Below are positions 15,806 to 24,029 of a stretch of DNA of 24,029 nucleotides, one piece after another. The notes under the pieces are model-generated. The model was given only the letters and a program-made list of their open reading frames with translations. It ran no database searches and was not told where the DNA came from. Position numbers and translations under genes: made by a program. Each line of letters begins with the position of its first letter. The stretch's first letter is position 1. The stretch spans positions 1 to 24,029 of the forward strand of contig JBNJGH010000047.1 in NCBI GenBank assembly GCA_051747585.1. Direction: 5' to 3'. The DNA comes from Candidatus Rifleibacteriota bacterium (GTDB lineage: Bacteria; Muiribacteriota; Ozemobacteria; Ozemobacterales; Ozemobacteraceae).

Positions 15806-18370
15806 ATGTTAGAAAAAAAATATGAACAAATAATAAAAGATTGCAAAAAGCGTATTGCAGCAAATCCCAGAGACTTTTTTGCTTATTATCAGCTTGCCCG
15901 TGCTCTGGAAATGTCTGGACAAACAGACAGAGCTATAAACGTCTTTAAAGATGCAATCACAATTAATCCTAAAGATGCCTATGCCCACAACTTTATCGGC
16001 CTTGCCTACCGAAACAAGGGTATGCTTAATGAGGCCATAACCGAGTTTAAAAAAGCGATTATGTATAACAACAGCTACGCTTTTCCCTATGCGAATCTCG
16101 GAGTCATATACAAACTCAAGGGAATGTATGATGAAGCCATTATTCGCTTTAAAAAAGCAATTTCTTTAAAGGCAGATTATGCTTTTGCACATCTTCAACT
16201 TGGTCTGATTTATAAACTGAAAAAACTCTATGATGAATCAATAGTAAGATTAAAAAACGCTATCGACCTTAATCATGACTATGCTTACGCCCATTTTTCT
16301 CTTGGCTCGGTCTATCTTGAAATTAGAAAACCCAAAAAAGCAATAGTTCAGTTTAAAAAGTCAGTTCTGCTTAATCCTCAGGATGCTTATGCTCTTTGCC
16401 AACTAGCTAGAGCCTACCTTCACCTTGAAAATTACGAAGAGGCTATAAAACATCTTGGCAAATCGATAAAAATTAATCCCGATAACGCATTCGCCTTCTT
16501 GAACCTTGGAATAGCACATTTTTTCCAGAATGACTTTAATGAAGCAATTGAAGATTTTAAAAGAGTTATCTCCATCAATCCCATGTTAATAGAAGCCCAT
16601 GTTTATCTGGGACAGGCACTGCTAAAACAGAATATGGAAGATGCTGCCCTTGCTGAATTTAAAAAAGCTTTGAAAATTGATCCCAAATATCCAAAATTAA
16701 GACTTTTCATCGGCCAGGTATTAAGAAAAAAAGGTGAAATTCAAAAAGCCATAGAGCAATTCAAACTTGAAAACAACTTCAATCCCAATGAAGGCGAACT
16801 TCACTTCAACCTGGCTCTGGCCTATAAAGACCGGGGGATGCTTGATGAGGCAACCGGCGAACTGAAGCGTGCTCTTTTTCTTGACCCGAAGCTCAGCCGT
16901 GCCCACGACATACTCGGCGAAATTTATGATGTGAAGGGACAATGTGACCAGGCTGTTTATCACTGGCGAAAAGCCACGGAGATCAGAAAGAAAAATAAAT
17001 CACAACAAAAGCCTAAACCTGCCCAGATTATAAAAAACAAGTCTGAAATTGATCGCTTAATTGAGCGCTATAAAGCAGAGATCAATCAAAACCCCAATAA
17101 TTCAGATGCACATTATAAATTAGCCTCAGCCTACAAAAACAAAGAAATGTATGATGAAGCTATAATTGAATATCGTAAAGTTATAGCGTTAAATCCTTAT
17201 GACAGCTTTGCCAACTACAATCTGGAAGTTATTTATCGCCTAAAAGGCATAGATGACCAGAACCTTACCCGATGGAAAAGATCTGTCACAATTAATCCGG
17301 AAAACGCCGGAGCACATTATCGCTTAGGTCTTGCCTACCGTGAAAAAGGACAATTGGATGAAGCGATTAGAGAATGGGAAAAAGCTGTAGCTCTAGATCC
17401 TGATTTTTCTCATGCTCATCTGCAACTTGGAATAGCATACAAATCGGTAGGAAGATCAGAAAGAGCTATTCAATCCTGGAACAAGACTATTGAACTTGAC
17501 CCCGACTTTCAGGAGGCATTTTTTCACCTTGGAAAAGCTTATCTCAATCAAGGTCGCCTCGAGGAAGCTGTATCGGCAATAAAAAGAACTATCCGCCTGA
17601 ATCCCGGCGACACCGAAAGCAGATATCTACTTGGTCTTATTTACAAAAATAACGGCATGATGGAAGAAGCCAAAGTAACTTTTGAAGAGCTTCTCAAGTT
17701 TCAAGAGGATAATCCGGCAGTTTTAACTATTCTAGGGGCTGTGTACAAAAGTCTCAACGAACTGGAAAACGCTCTTAACTGTGTAATGATGGCGGTTAGA
17801 ATAGAGCCAGACAAATTCTATGCTCATTATCTTTTAGGCTCAATTTATCGCGCAATGGGCGACAGCGAAAAGGCAGAGGTCTCATTTAAAAAGTCTATTG
17901 ATTTAAATCCCGACGATGCTTTTTCTCAATACAGTCTCGGGGTTCTATACAAAAACTCGGGTCGTCTGCCACAGGCAATAAAGGCCTTCTCTAATGCAAT
18001 TGAACTGGATACTGACGATGCCTATTCTCATTCACATCTGGGCCTTTCTTTTTACGAACAAGGGCAACTCAGCGAAGCAATTGCCTCACTGCAGAAAGCA
18101 GTAGAAATAAATCCTGAAGATACATATGCATTATATAATCTTGGTGTTGCCTATCTTGACAACCATCAGCCAGATCAGGCAATAGACGCTCTTGTAAGAG
18201 TAGTGAATCTTTCTCCCAAAGATCCTTACGCGTGCTTTAATTTAGGTCAGGCGTATGAAAACAAAAATTTTGCCAGAGAAGCAAAAGCCTGTTACCGAAA
18301 AGCGATGGAGCATTCACCGAGGAACACCCAGATTAAAAAATTTGCCAGGGAATCTTACAACAGGTTGTAA
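15806..18370 (+). CDS. All-TPR cytoplasmic protein (~23 TPRs)
   Basis: 34-aa repeats throughout (11 + 12, split by a Lys/Gln/Pro linker); SD AGGAGG at 15795-15800; no signal peptide or catalytic domain. Confidence 0.93.
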   Translation: MLEKKYEQIIKDCKKRIAANPRDFFAYYQLARALEMSGQTDRAINVFKDAITINPKDAYAHNFIGLAYRNKGMLNEAITEFKKAIMYNNSYAFPYANLGVIYKLKGMYDEAIIRFKKAISLKADYAFAHLQLGLIYKLKKLYDESIVRLKNAIDLNHDYAYAHFSLGSVYLEIRKPKKAIVQFKKSVLLNPQDAYALCQLARAYLHLENYEEAIKHLGKSIKINPDNAFAFLNLGIAHFFQNDFNEAIEDFKRVISINPMLIEAHVYLGQALLKQNMEDAALAEFKKALKIDPKYPKLRLFIGQVLRKKGEIQKAIEQFKLENNFNPNEGELHFNLALAYKDRGMLDEATGELKRALFLDPKLSRAHDILGEIYDVKGQCDQAVYHWRKATEIRKKNKSQQKPKPAQIIKNKSEIDRLIERYKAEINQNPNNSDAHYKLASAYKNKEMYDEAIIEYRKVIALNPYDSFANYNLEVIYRLKGIDDQNLTRWKRSVTINPENAGAHYRLGLAYREKGQLDEAIREWEKAVALDPDFSHAHLQLGIAYKSVGRSERAIQSWNKTIELDPDFQEAFFHLGKAYLNQGRLEEAVSAIKRTIRLNPGDTESRYLLGLIYKNNGMMEEAKVTFEELLKFQEDNPAVLTILGAVYKSLNELENALNCVMMAVRIEPDKFYAHYLLGSIYRAMGDSEKAEVSFKKSIDLNPDDAFSQYSLGVLYKNSGRLPQAIKAFSNAIELDTDDAYSHSHLGLSFYEQGQLSEAIASLQKAVEINPEDTYALYNLGVAYLDNHQPDQAIDALVRVVNLSPKDPYACFNLGQAYENKNFAREAKACYRKAMEHSPRNTQIKKFARESYNRL

Positions 18371-18374
18371 TTAA

Positions 18375-20375
18375 ATGAACAAGAAAGTTACCGGAATAAA
18401 GAACATAAAAATTCGTTCGACACTGCTGATAGTAACTCTGATATTTTTTATAGTTACAGGTTGCTCAAACAGTTCCGTAACTCCAAGAGAAGGAACAATC
18501 AGCGGCACAATTCTAGATATATCCGGTCAACCAATTGAAGATGCGCTGGTATCATGGTTTTACGATAACACTCGTTGGGCTCTCACCGACAGCGATGGCC
18601 ATTTTCTCATTGAGGGAATCGGTTTTGGCAAACAAACATTTGTAATTGAAGCCCATGGCTACCGAACCTCTCAATTTACTGTCGAAATTTATTCCGGTCA
18701 AACCAGTGAAGGCGGCAATTTTCAAATTGAAGCCAAAAGCTTTGAATATTCTGATATCGAAGTAAGCGAAGTATCTGCAACCCATGCCACAATTAACTGG
18801 AAAACAAGCGACTATACCAATGGGTTGATTGAATACGGTGAATCTGAATCGATGGGAAGAACTATCAGAGAAGAAACGGGAGAATACAGCACCACCCATG
18901 CCCTTACAATTAGCGGACTTTCTCCTGCAACCCAATACATGTATAAAATTGTTTCTTCGAGAGAAAATCGGGATGCAGAAACTTCAAAAGTTTCCAGTTT
19001 TAAGACTCTTAGCCCGCTTGAAGACAAAAGTCCCCCCACCCCACCGGCAAATGTTGAAGCTGCTCTTACATCTACACCCAATATAGCAACCATTTTCTGG
19101 GCTCCGGTATCTGATACCGACCTCAAGGGTTATAAAGTTTACCGGGCAGAAAATACTAATTCAGCATTTTCTGAAATATCAAACACGCTTATAGCAAAAG
19201 GTCAGGAAAGATATACAGACCAGTCTGTAATTCCTGGAAAAAAATATTATTATAAAGTTAAATCTATCGATCAAGCCGGCAACGAAAGCGGCTTTAACAA
19301 CATTGCCAATATTCTTGTTCCAGGTGATATTTCCACCGAAATCACCTGGACAAAAGCAAATAGCCCTTATCATATTAAAGGCGATATCAATATTTTAAAG
19401 ACGGGCAAACTTAATATCGATCCTGGTGTTGAAGTTTTAATATCTGAAAATGATTCATTTAGAAGGAATGATCCTGATAGAATCGATTTTCAAATAAGTG
19501 GCGCACTTGTTGCCTCAGCAACTGTTGATAACCCTGTAACCTTCGCCGCCGAGACAGTTAATCCAGAAAGCAATGTCTGGAATGGGCTTAAATATTTAAA
19601 TGTAAACAATCCTGCCAACACACTTGTCAATGTAAAAATTTCTGATGCCGTAGCTGCTGTAAGCATAGAAAACAGTGTAGGGATTTTTTCCGATCTTAAT
19701 ATTGTCAACTGCCCTACAGCTATGATTTGCAAAAACAACACCGAATTATCTGTAAAATCGATTCTTACAAGAAGGTGTTCCAAGGGAATTGAAATAAATG
19801 GCAATACAGATTTTAAATTGTCTGACAGCACCTTTTATCACCCACAAATTTGTATAAACTCTTTTGATAACGACGGCATAAGCATTACCGGTTGCAACCT
19901 CCTTGAATTCACCGATTCCGGGTTAATCTCAAATGAGACCGGCAGTCAAATTGAAATAAATAACAATCTATTTGTTGCTCCCAAGGCGCTGGCGGTAAAA
20001 ATCACAAGTCAGAATCCACAAATCAGATACAACACCTTTGATTGCCCTTATGCAATTCAAATAATTCAGGGAAACCCTGTAATAGAAAAAAATATTTTCA
20101 TTGCCGAAAGAAGCGTTTATTCGGAAGGGAAAAAAGGAATCGAACACCTTGTCGGAACCTTGCCCTTGCCAGTTTTTGGCCCAAATAACATTTTCGGTTT
20201 TCCTGAAGGAAATCGATATATAGGTTGCGAGCCCTCTGCTGACAGCACCAATGAAGATGTTCTTCTTATGAAAGACCTTAATGGCGAAACTTATGATTAT
20301 AGATTGAGGCAACCATTTCCAACTTCAGCAGATCCCTGGGGAATTCAAAGAGCAACTGTACCATTCGAACCTTAA
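18375..20375 (+). CDS. Lipoprotein: carboxypeptidase-regulatory-like domain, two FN3-like domains and a right-handed beta-helix
   Basis: Lipobox IVTG|C; GTISGTILDISGQPIEDALV...TDSDGHF; ATINWKT...GLSPATQYMYKI; YTDQSVIPGKKYYYKVKSIDQAGNES; WTKANSPYHI followed by Asn/Ile-rich beta-helix rungs. Confidence 0.85.
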   Translation: MNKKVTGIKNIKIRSTLLIVTLIFFIVTGCSNSSVTPREGTISGTILDISGQPIEDALVSWFYDNTRWALTDSDGHFLIEGIGFGKQTFVIEAHGYRTSQFTVEIYSGQTSEGGNFQIEAKSFEYSDIEVSEVSATHATINWKTSDYTNGLIEYGESESMGRTIREETGEYSTTHALTISGLSPATQYMYKIVSSRENRDAETSKVSSFKTLSPLEDKSPPTPPANVEAALTSTPNIATIFWAPVSDTDLKGYKVYRAENTNSAFSEISNTLIAKGQERYTDQSVIPGKKYYYKVKSIDQAGNESGFNNIANILVPGDISTEITWTKANSPYHIKGDINILKTGKLNIDPGVEVLISENDSFRRNDPDRIDFQISGALVASATVDNPVTFAAETVNPESNVWNGLKYLNVNNPANTLVNVKISDAVAAVSIENSVGIFSDLNIVNCPTAMICKNNTELSVKSILTRRCSKGIEINGNTDFKLSDSTFYHPQICINSFDNDGISITGCNLLEFTDSGLISNETGSQIEINNNLFVAPKALAVKITSQNPQIRYNTFDCPYAIQIIQGNPVIEKNIFIAERSVYSEGKKGIEHLVGTLPLPVFGPNNIFGFPEGNRYIGCEPSADSTNEDVLLMKDLNGETYDYRLRQPFPTSADPWGIQRATVPFEP

Positions 20376-20510
20376 TCGTGGTTTTTTTACCGCACGAGGG
20401 GGTACATTTTACCTCGTTTTTGCCTGGTTAATTTGGGTATTTTTTTATTATTTTTCATTAGCCTCATCAAAACAAGCATCAACAAAGGGTTTCAAGAAAA
20501 GTTTGCATTT

Positions 20511-20526
20511 TGGCATCGCTTTTGCA
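20511..20526 (+). promoter_or_regulatory. sigma54 (-24/-12) promoter of flp1
   Basis: TGGCATCGCTTTTGCA: GG at 20512-13 and GC at 20524-25, exactly 10 nt apart. Confidence 0.8.
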
Positions 20527-20571
20527 ATAATAATTAGTGGCGAAAGCCGGAAAACCACTAGGAGGACTTTT

Positions 20572-20766
20572 ATGGAACTCATTCGCAGATTTGTAAGAGA
20601 AGAAGAAGGACAGGGTCTGGTAGAATACGCACTTATCATTGGTCTCATCGCTGTTGTTGCGATTGCTGCTCTTACCGCATCAGGCGGAAGCATCAGCTCA
20701 ATATTCAACACAATCAGCGGCAAACTTTCTGATGCTGAAACCACTGTTGGTGGCGGCGGAGCATAA
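20572..20766 (+). CDS. flp: Flp-family (Tad-type) pilin 1
   Basis: ATG 20572 after AGGAGG; MELIRRFVREEEG|QGLVEYALIIGLIAVVAIAALT carries the Flp G|xxxxEY motif; 64 aa. Confidence 0.95.
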   Translation: MELIRRFVREEEGQGLVEYALIIGLIAVVAIAALTASGGSISSIFNTISGKLSDAETTVGGGGA

Positions 20767-20779
20767 GTCGTATTTACCA

Positions 20780-20815
20780 AAGAAAAGACGGGTATAACCC
20801 GTCTTTTTCTTTTTT
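20780..20815 (+). terminator. Rho-independent terminator after flp1
   Basis: AAAAGACGGGT-ata-ACCCGTCTTTT followed by a U-tract. Confidence 0.88.
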
Positions 20816-20969
20816 AGTTTATTTTCTTCCTCTTAATGCGCTTTATTCTTTCTATATAAAAAATATTCTAATTTTTAGAGCCCCTAAATAAACTTAATCT
20901 AATTTTCTTTAGATTTACTTAAAGCTTAAAGCAGATAAAAATACTAATTTTTGTCGATTATTCTGATTC

Positions 20970-20985
20970 TGGCATTTAATATGCT
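20970..20985 (+). promoter_or_regulatory. sigma54 (-24/-12) promoter of flp2
   Basis: TGGCATTTAATATGCT: GG at 20971-72 and GC at 20983-84, 10 nt apart, 36 nt before the ATG. Confidence 0.7.
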
Positions 20986-21021
20986 ATTATATTTTTGTAA
21001 AGACTTTGAAAGAGGTATCTT

Positions 21022-21207
21022 ATGAAAAAGATAAAAAACCAGAAAAAAGGCCAGGGTCTGGTCGAATACGTTCTGCTGGTTGCACTGATTGCGCTGGTTT
21101 CTATTGCGGCTCTAACGGGCATGGGTTCAAGTGTAAATGATGGTTTTTTTTCAAATATAAGCACTAATTTAGATTCTGCAAATACTAAAATTGAAAACTC
21201 GCCCTGA
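21022..21207 (+). CDS. flp: Flp-family pilin 2
   Basis: MKKIKNQKKG|QGLVEYVLLVALIALVSIAALT; SD GAGG at 21012-21015; 61 aa. Confidence 0.93.
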   Translation: MKKIKNQKKGQGLVEYVLLVALIALVSIAALTGMGSSVNDGFFSNISTNLDSANTKIENSP

Positions 21208-21230
21208 ATTGTTTTTCAAGTAAGAAAAAT

Positions 21231-22700
21231 TTACTTAATATCTCTCTTTAAAAGAGTTAGATGTTTATTTTTTTCAACTACCTGCCATTCTGAGTAATCT
21301 GTAGCTTTTGTATTATTAGCCCTGCTGTCGAGCAAAATATAATTGCATGAAAATTTTTGCGCTGTGCTAACAGTTGTATCTACATCTAAAAAGCCGGAAA
21401 CGGCACCGGGTATTTCACTCAAAAAATATACATAAATTGGATAAGCAGAAACGATTGCAGCACCGGGATCAAATTTAAATTGCTTAAATAGTTCAATATA
21501 TGGCCCATTATCCTGGCTATATCGATTATTTAATTTATAAATGCTGATTGAAGAAAATGTAACGACCCAGCCCAGCAAAACAATTGCAACAAAGTTTATA
21601 AACCGTTGCCTGTATTTTTTATGTTTCTGAAGGTAATAAAACCCACAACCGCTTAAATATGCAAACGCGCCATAAAAAAAGGCACTTATATGCATCGTGG
21701 TGCCCTTTATTGCCTGATGAGTGAATACAACTCCACAAAGCAACCAGAACAAACCGACAAGAGAAACAAGATTAAAAATAAATCTGTTTCTTAATTTTAC
21801 AACGGCAATCAACCATAAAGGCAAAAATAAAAACTGTGACGGAACCACAATTAAATTTAAAAAGCTGTCCCATAGACCATAGAATCTCTGACTGGCCAAC
21901 TGCGTCATGCCCGGCTCAAGCATATAAGTCAAACTACCCTCGTAATTTTCTTTGAAAAGATCTTCATAATTTTGAATAAAAAGAGCACCAGTATTTGATG
22001 TCCATATTTGCCCCAGGGTAATATAATTTCGAATCATCCAGGGCGAGATAACCAACAGGAAAACCAACATATACAGGCCTGTCTGCTTGATTGATCTGCT
22101 GTGAAAAAGAATCAGAAAACCTGCAAAAGCAGCAATTATAATTCCCTCTATTCTGGTAAGGGTAATTAAGCCCGCAAGAATAGCTGACACAAAAGGCTGC
22201 TGTTTTTGCCTGCCTGTCGTTCGCAAGAAAAGATAACCCAATACCGCATAAAAAACTATATTATCTGTTGTCAGCAGATAAAACAGATTTCTACCGCAAA
22301 AAAGCAATGTCAGGGCCGCAAAAATTGAATAGAAATAACTCTCTGTTTGCTTTTTAACATCAAAAAAAACCAGAGCTAGCAAAAAACTCCAGAGTATAAT
22401 ATTCAATAAAACTTCGCCGGCATCGCCCACTGGAATCCTGGCCGCTCTGTAAAGAATTATCCCCAGTGGCATCCAGTAATCCATGGGATGCTTTAAAGAA
22501 TCATATTCATGCAAATAATGCCAGACAACCGGTTCTTCAAAGCCCTTTTCCTGTTGGAGTTTATCTGCCATAATATGATAATAAGCCGCATCCATAGATG
22601 CCTGAGGCTTAACAAGTGTAGAAGCCATATACAATATAAACAGCGAAAATAAAAATAAAATTAAAGCCGTCTTTTTTTCTTTTAGTTGATTAATGTCCAT
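21231..22700 (-). CDS. GT-C superfamily (ArnT/PMT-like) multi-TM glycosyltransferase
   Basis: DAAYY after TM1, YWMPL, LTRIEG and SPWMIRNY motifs; about 10-11 hydrophobic segments. Confidence 0.78.
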   Translation of the reverse strand: MDINQLKEKKTALILFLFSLFILYMASTLVKPQASMDAAYYHIMADKLQQEKGFEEPVVWHYLHEYDSLKHPMDYWMPLGIILYRAARIPVGDAGEVLLNIILWSFLLALVFFDVKKQTESYFYSIFAALTLLFCGRNLFYLLTTDNIVFYAVLGYLFLRTTGRQKQQPFVSAILAGLITLTRIEGIIIAAFAGFLILFHSRSIKQTGLYMLVFLLVISPWMIRNYITLGQIWTSNTGALFIQNYEDLFKENYEGSLTYMLEPGMTQLASQRFYGLWDSFLNLIVVPSQFLFLPLWLIAVVKLRNRFIFNLVSLVGLFWLLCGVVFTHQAIKGTTMHISAFFYGAFAYLSGCGFYYLQKHKKYRQRFINFVAIVLLGWVVTFSSISIYKLNNRYSQDNGPYIELFKQFKFDPGAAIVSAYPIYVYFLSEIPGAVSGFLDVDTTVSTAQKFSCNYILLDSRANNTKATDYSEWQVVEKNKHLTLLKRDIK

Positions 22701-22768
22701 GCAAAAGCATTCTACTGCATCTTTTCATTTTATTCATCAATTCAAAGTGAGAATTTTTGCATTCGTTA

Positions 22769-22797
22769 TTGACAGTAACTTTATAGCGTACTAAACT
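22769..22797 (+). promoter_or_regulatory. sigma70 promoter
   Basis: TTGACA (22769-22774), 17 nt, TAAACT (22792-22797). Confidence 0.7.
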
Positions 22798-22825
22798 TTG
22801 TTCACTCTAGATTTGGGGGCAAACC

Positions 22826-23719
22826 GTGAAAAAGGCAAAACTTATTTCTATATTGGTGATAATGATCGCTGTAGTAGCACTTGGGGTCTTTATGGGCAAG
22901 CAAATGTTCAAGCTTATTGAAGCCGGGTCGAGTTCTTCGGTTCAAGAGAATTCCGATTCAAATGCAACCTCGACAGTAAAAATATTATATAGTGCCAAAC
23001 CAGATACCAGCGATTCCCAAATCCCCTCACCGGAAATTATTCCTGAAAAACCTTCTCAAGCAGCAGCAACTCCTTCACAAAGCACAAGCCAAGAAAAAGC
23101 AGCTGATAATGCAAAAACATCTTTTTCACCTGATGGCCCCAAATGGTTTGCCTACGCAAAAGGGAATGGAATTAATGTAAGACAGGGTTCTTCTATAAAC
23201 AACAAGCAACTGTTTAAAGTAGCCAAAGGCACACGAGGAACCGTATTGGCAAAAGAAAACGGCTGGACCCAAATAAAATGGGATTTTAATGGCAAGACCG
23301 GCTGGGTACGAGACGACCTTTTGCTTCAAGGTCCCGCCGAAGTTGTATCTACTCTGGTAAGGAAAACCGGCGATGTTGAAAAAATTAAGGCCAACCAGAT
23401 AAACAAAGCTGTCGCCAAAAGAATTCTCAAAGAAAACAAATTGATTGTCGGCCTTGCAAAAGAAGTTCCGGCAGAGCAAACTGTAAAGAAATATGTTGAG
23501 GGCGAAAAATTACCTGAAAAAGCAAAGATTGCTGCAGATCCCTATGCCAATATTAGAACAGGGCCGGGAACAAACAATGCAAAAATCCACCGCCTGCCTA
23601 AAGGGTTTGTGGTAACATTACTAAAGGTCGAGCGTGAAGGCAAGTGGCTCTGGTTCAACATTCAATTCGACGAAGGGCGGAAAACCGGCTGGACCAGGGA
23701 AGATAATTTAACCTTTTAA
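22826..23719 (+). CDS. Membrane-anchored protein with two bacterial SH3 (SH3b) domains
   Basis: N-terminal TM segment, S/P/Q-rich linker, GINVRQGSS...GWTQI...GKTGWV and ANIRTGPGT...WLWFNI...KTGWT. Confidence 0.85.
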   Translation: MKKAKLISILVIMIAVVALGVFMGKQMFKLIEAGSSSSVQENSDSNATSTVKILYSAKPDTSDSQIPSPEIIPEKPSQAAATPSQSTSQEKAADNAKTSFSPDGPKWFAYAKGNGINVRQGSSINNKQLFKVAKGTRGTVLAKENGWTQIKWDFNGKTGWVRDDLLLQGPAEVVSTLVRKTGDVEKIKANQINKAVAKRILKENKLIVGLAKEVPAEQTVKKYVEGEKLPEKAKIAADPYANIRTGPGTNNAKIHRLPKGFVVTLLKVEREGKWLWFNIQFDEGRKTGWTREDNLTF

Positions 23720-23726
23720 ATTTTAG

Positions 23727-24029
23727 TTATTTATTATCGAATACCAGGCTGGCAAAAGGTTCTCTGTATCTGAAATTCCGGCTGACAGAATCCCCCGAGT
23801 CTCGCACAAGTGATATTACCACTTTGCCGGTACGAAAACGAAATTTATCCATATAAAGCCCCTGGCTACCATTTTTTTTGAGAAAAAATTTACTTGAGAA
23901 ATTTTTATGTTCGTTCGTTTTAGCATTTATCTCTATTCTATTGTGTAAATCATTCTTTCTAAGATTCATTGCAATACCGGAAATATTCAGAATCTGACCT
24001 TTATACCAGCCCCTTTTTGCAAAATTTCT
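23727..24029 (-). CDS. 3' end of a hypothetical protein gene starting beyond the window
   Basis: The frame of the 80-aa ORF stays open to the window edge (RNFAKRGWYKGQILNISGIAMNLRK...); it converges on the SH3 gene. Confidence 0.6.
   Translation of the reverse strand, partial: RNFAKRGWYKGQILNISGIAMNLRKNDLHNRIEINAKTNEHKNFSSKFFLKKNGSQGLYMDKFRFRTGKVVISLVRDSGDSVSRNFRYREPFASLVFDNK

Noticed and set aside
20503..20571. Longer TTG start for flp1 (87 aa)
   Set aside because: It overlaps the sigma54 promoter; ATG 20572 has AGGAGG and gives a typical Flp leader.
20448..21164. Minus-strand ORFs 20448-20780 and 20976-21164
   Set aside because: Antisense shadows of the two flp genes.

Overview
AT-rich bacterial chromosomal window from a probable diderm (there is a predicted outer-membrane beta-barrel); the taxon cannot be fixed from sequence alone. 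The left end (1-5300) looks accessory. It holds a large exported protein gene apparently broken at two homopolymer tracts, an intact IS1380-family transposase, and a ~295-nt GC-richer, highly foldable non-coding element with GGA-loop hairpins. The rest is a cell-envelope/surface-appendage region: an exported protein, a TPR + beta-barrel protein, amrB (MEMO1) coupled to a small holin-like membrane protein, and an operon of a NamZ/DUF1343 homologue with a degenerate PEHG motif plus three PilV/W/X (GspI/J/K)-like minor pilins. Then come a Zn-finger microprotein-CheR-NUDIX-23xTPR-lipoprotein operon, two tandem Flp pilin genes each with its own sigma54 promoter, a GT-C glycosyltransferase, a double-SH3b protein and a partial gene. 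No rRNA, tRNA or CRISPR array was seen. The best leads are the structured element at 4724-5018, the pseudo-NamZ/minor-pilin operon, the orphan CheR fusion operon and the sigma54 Flp pair.
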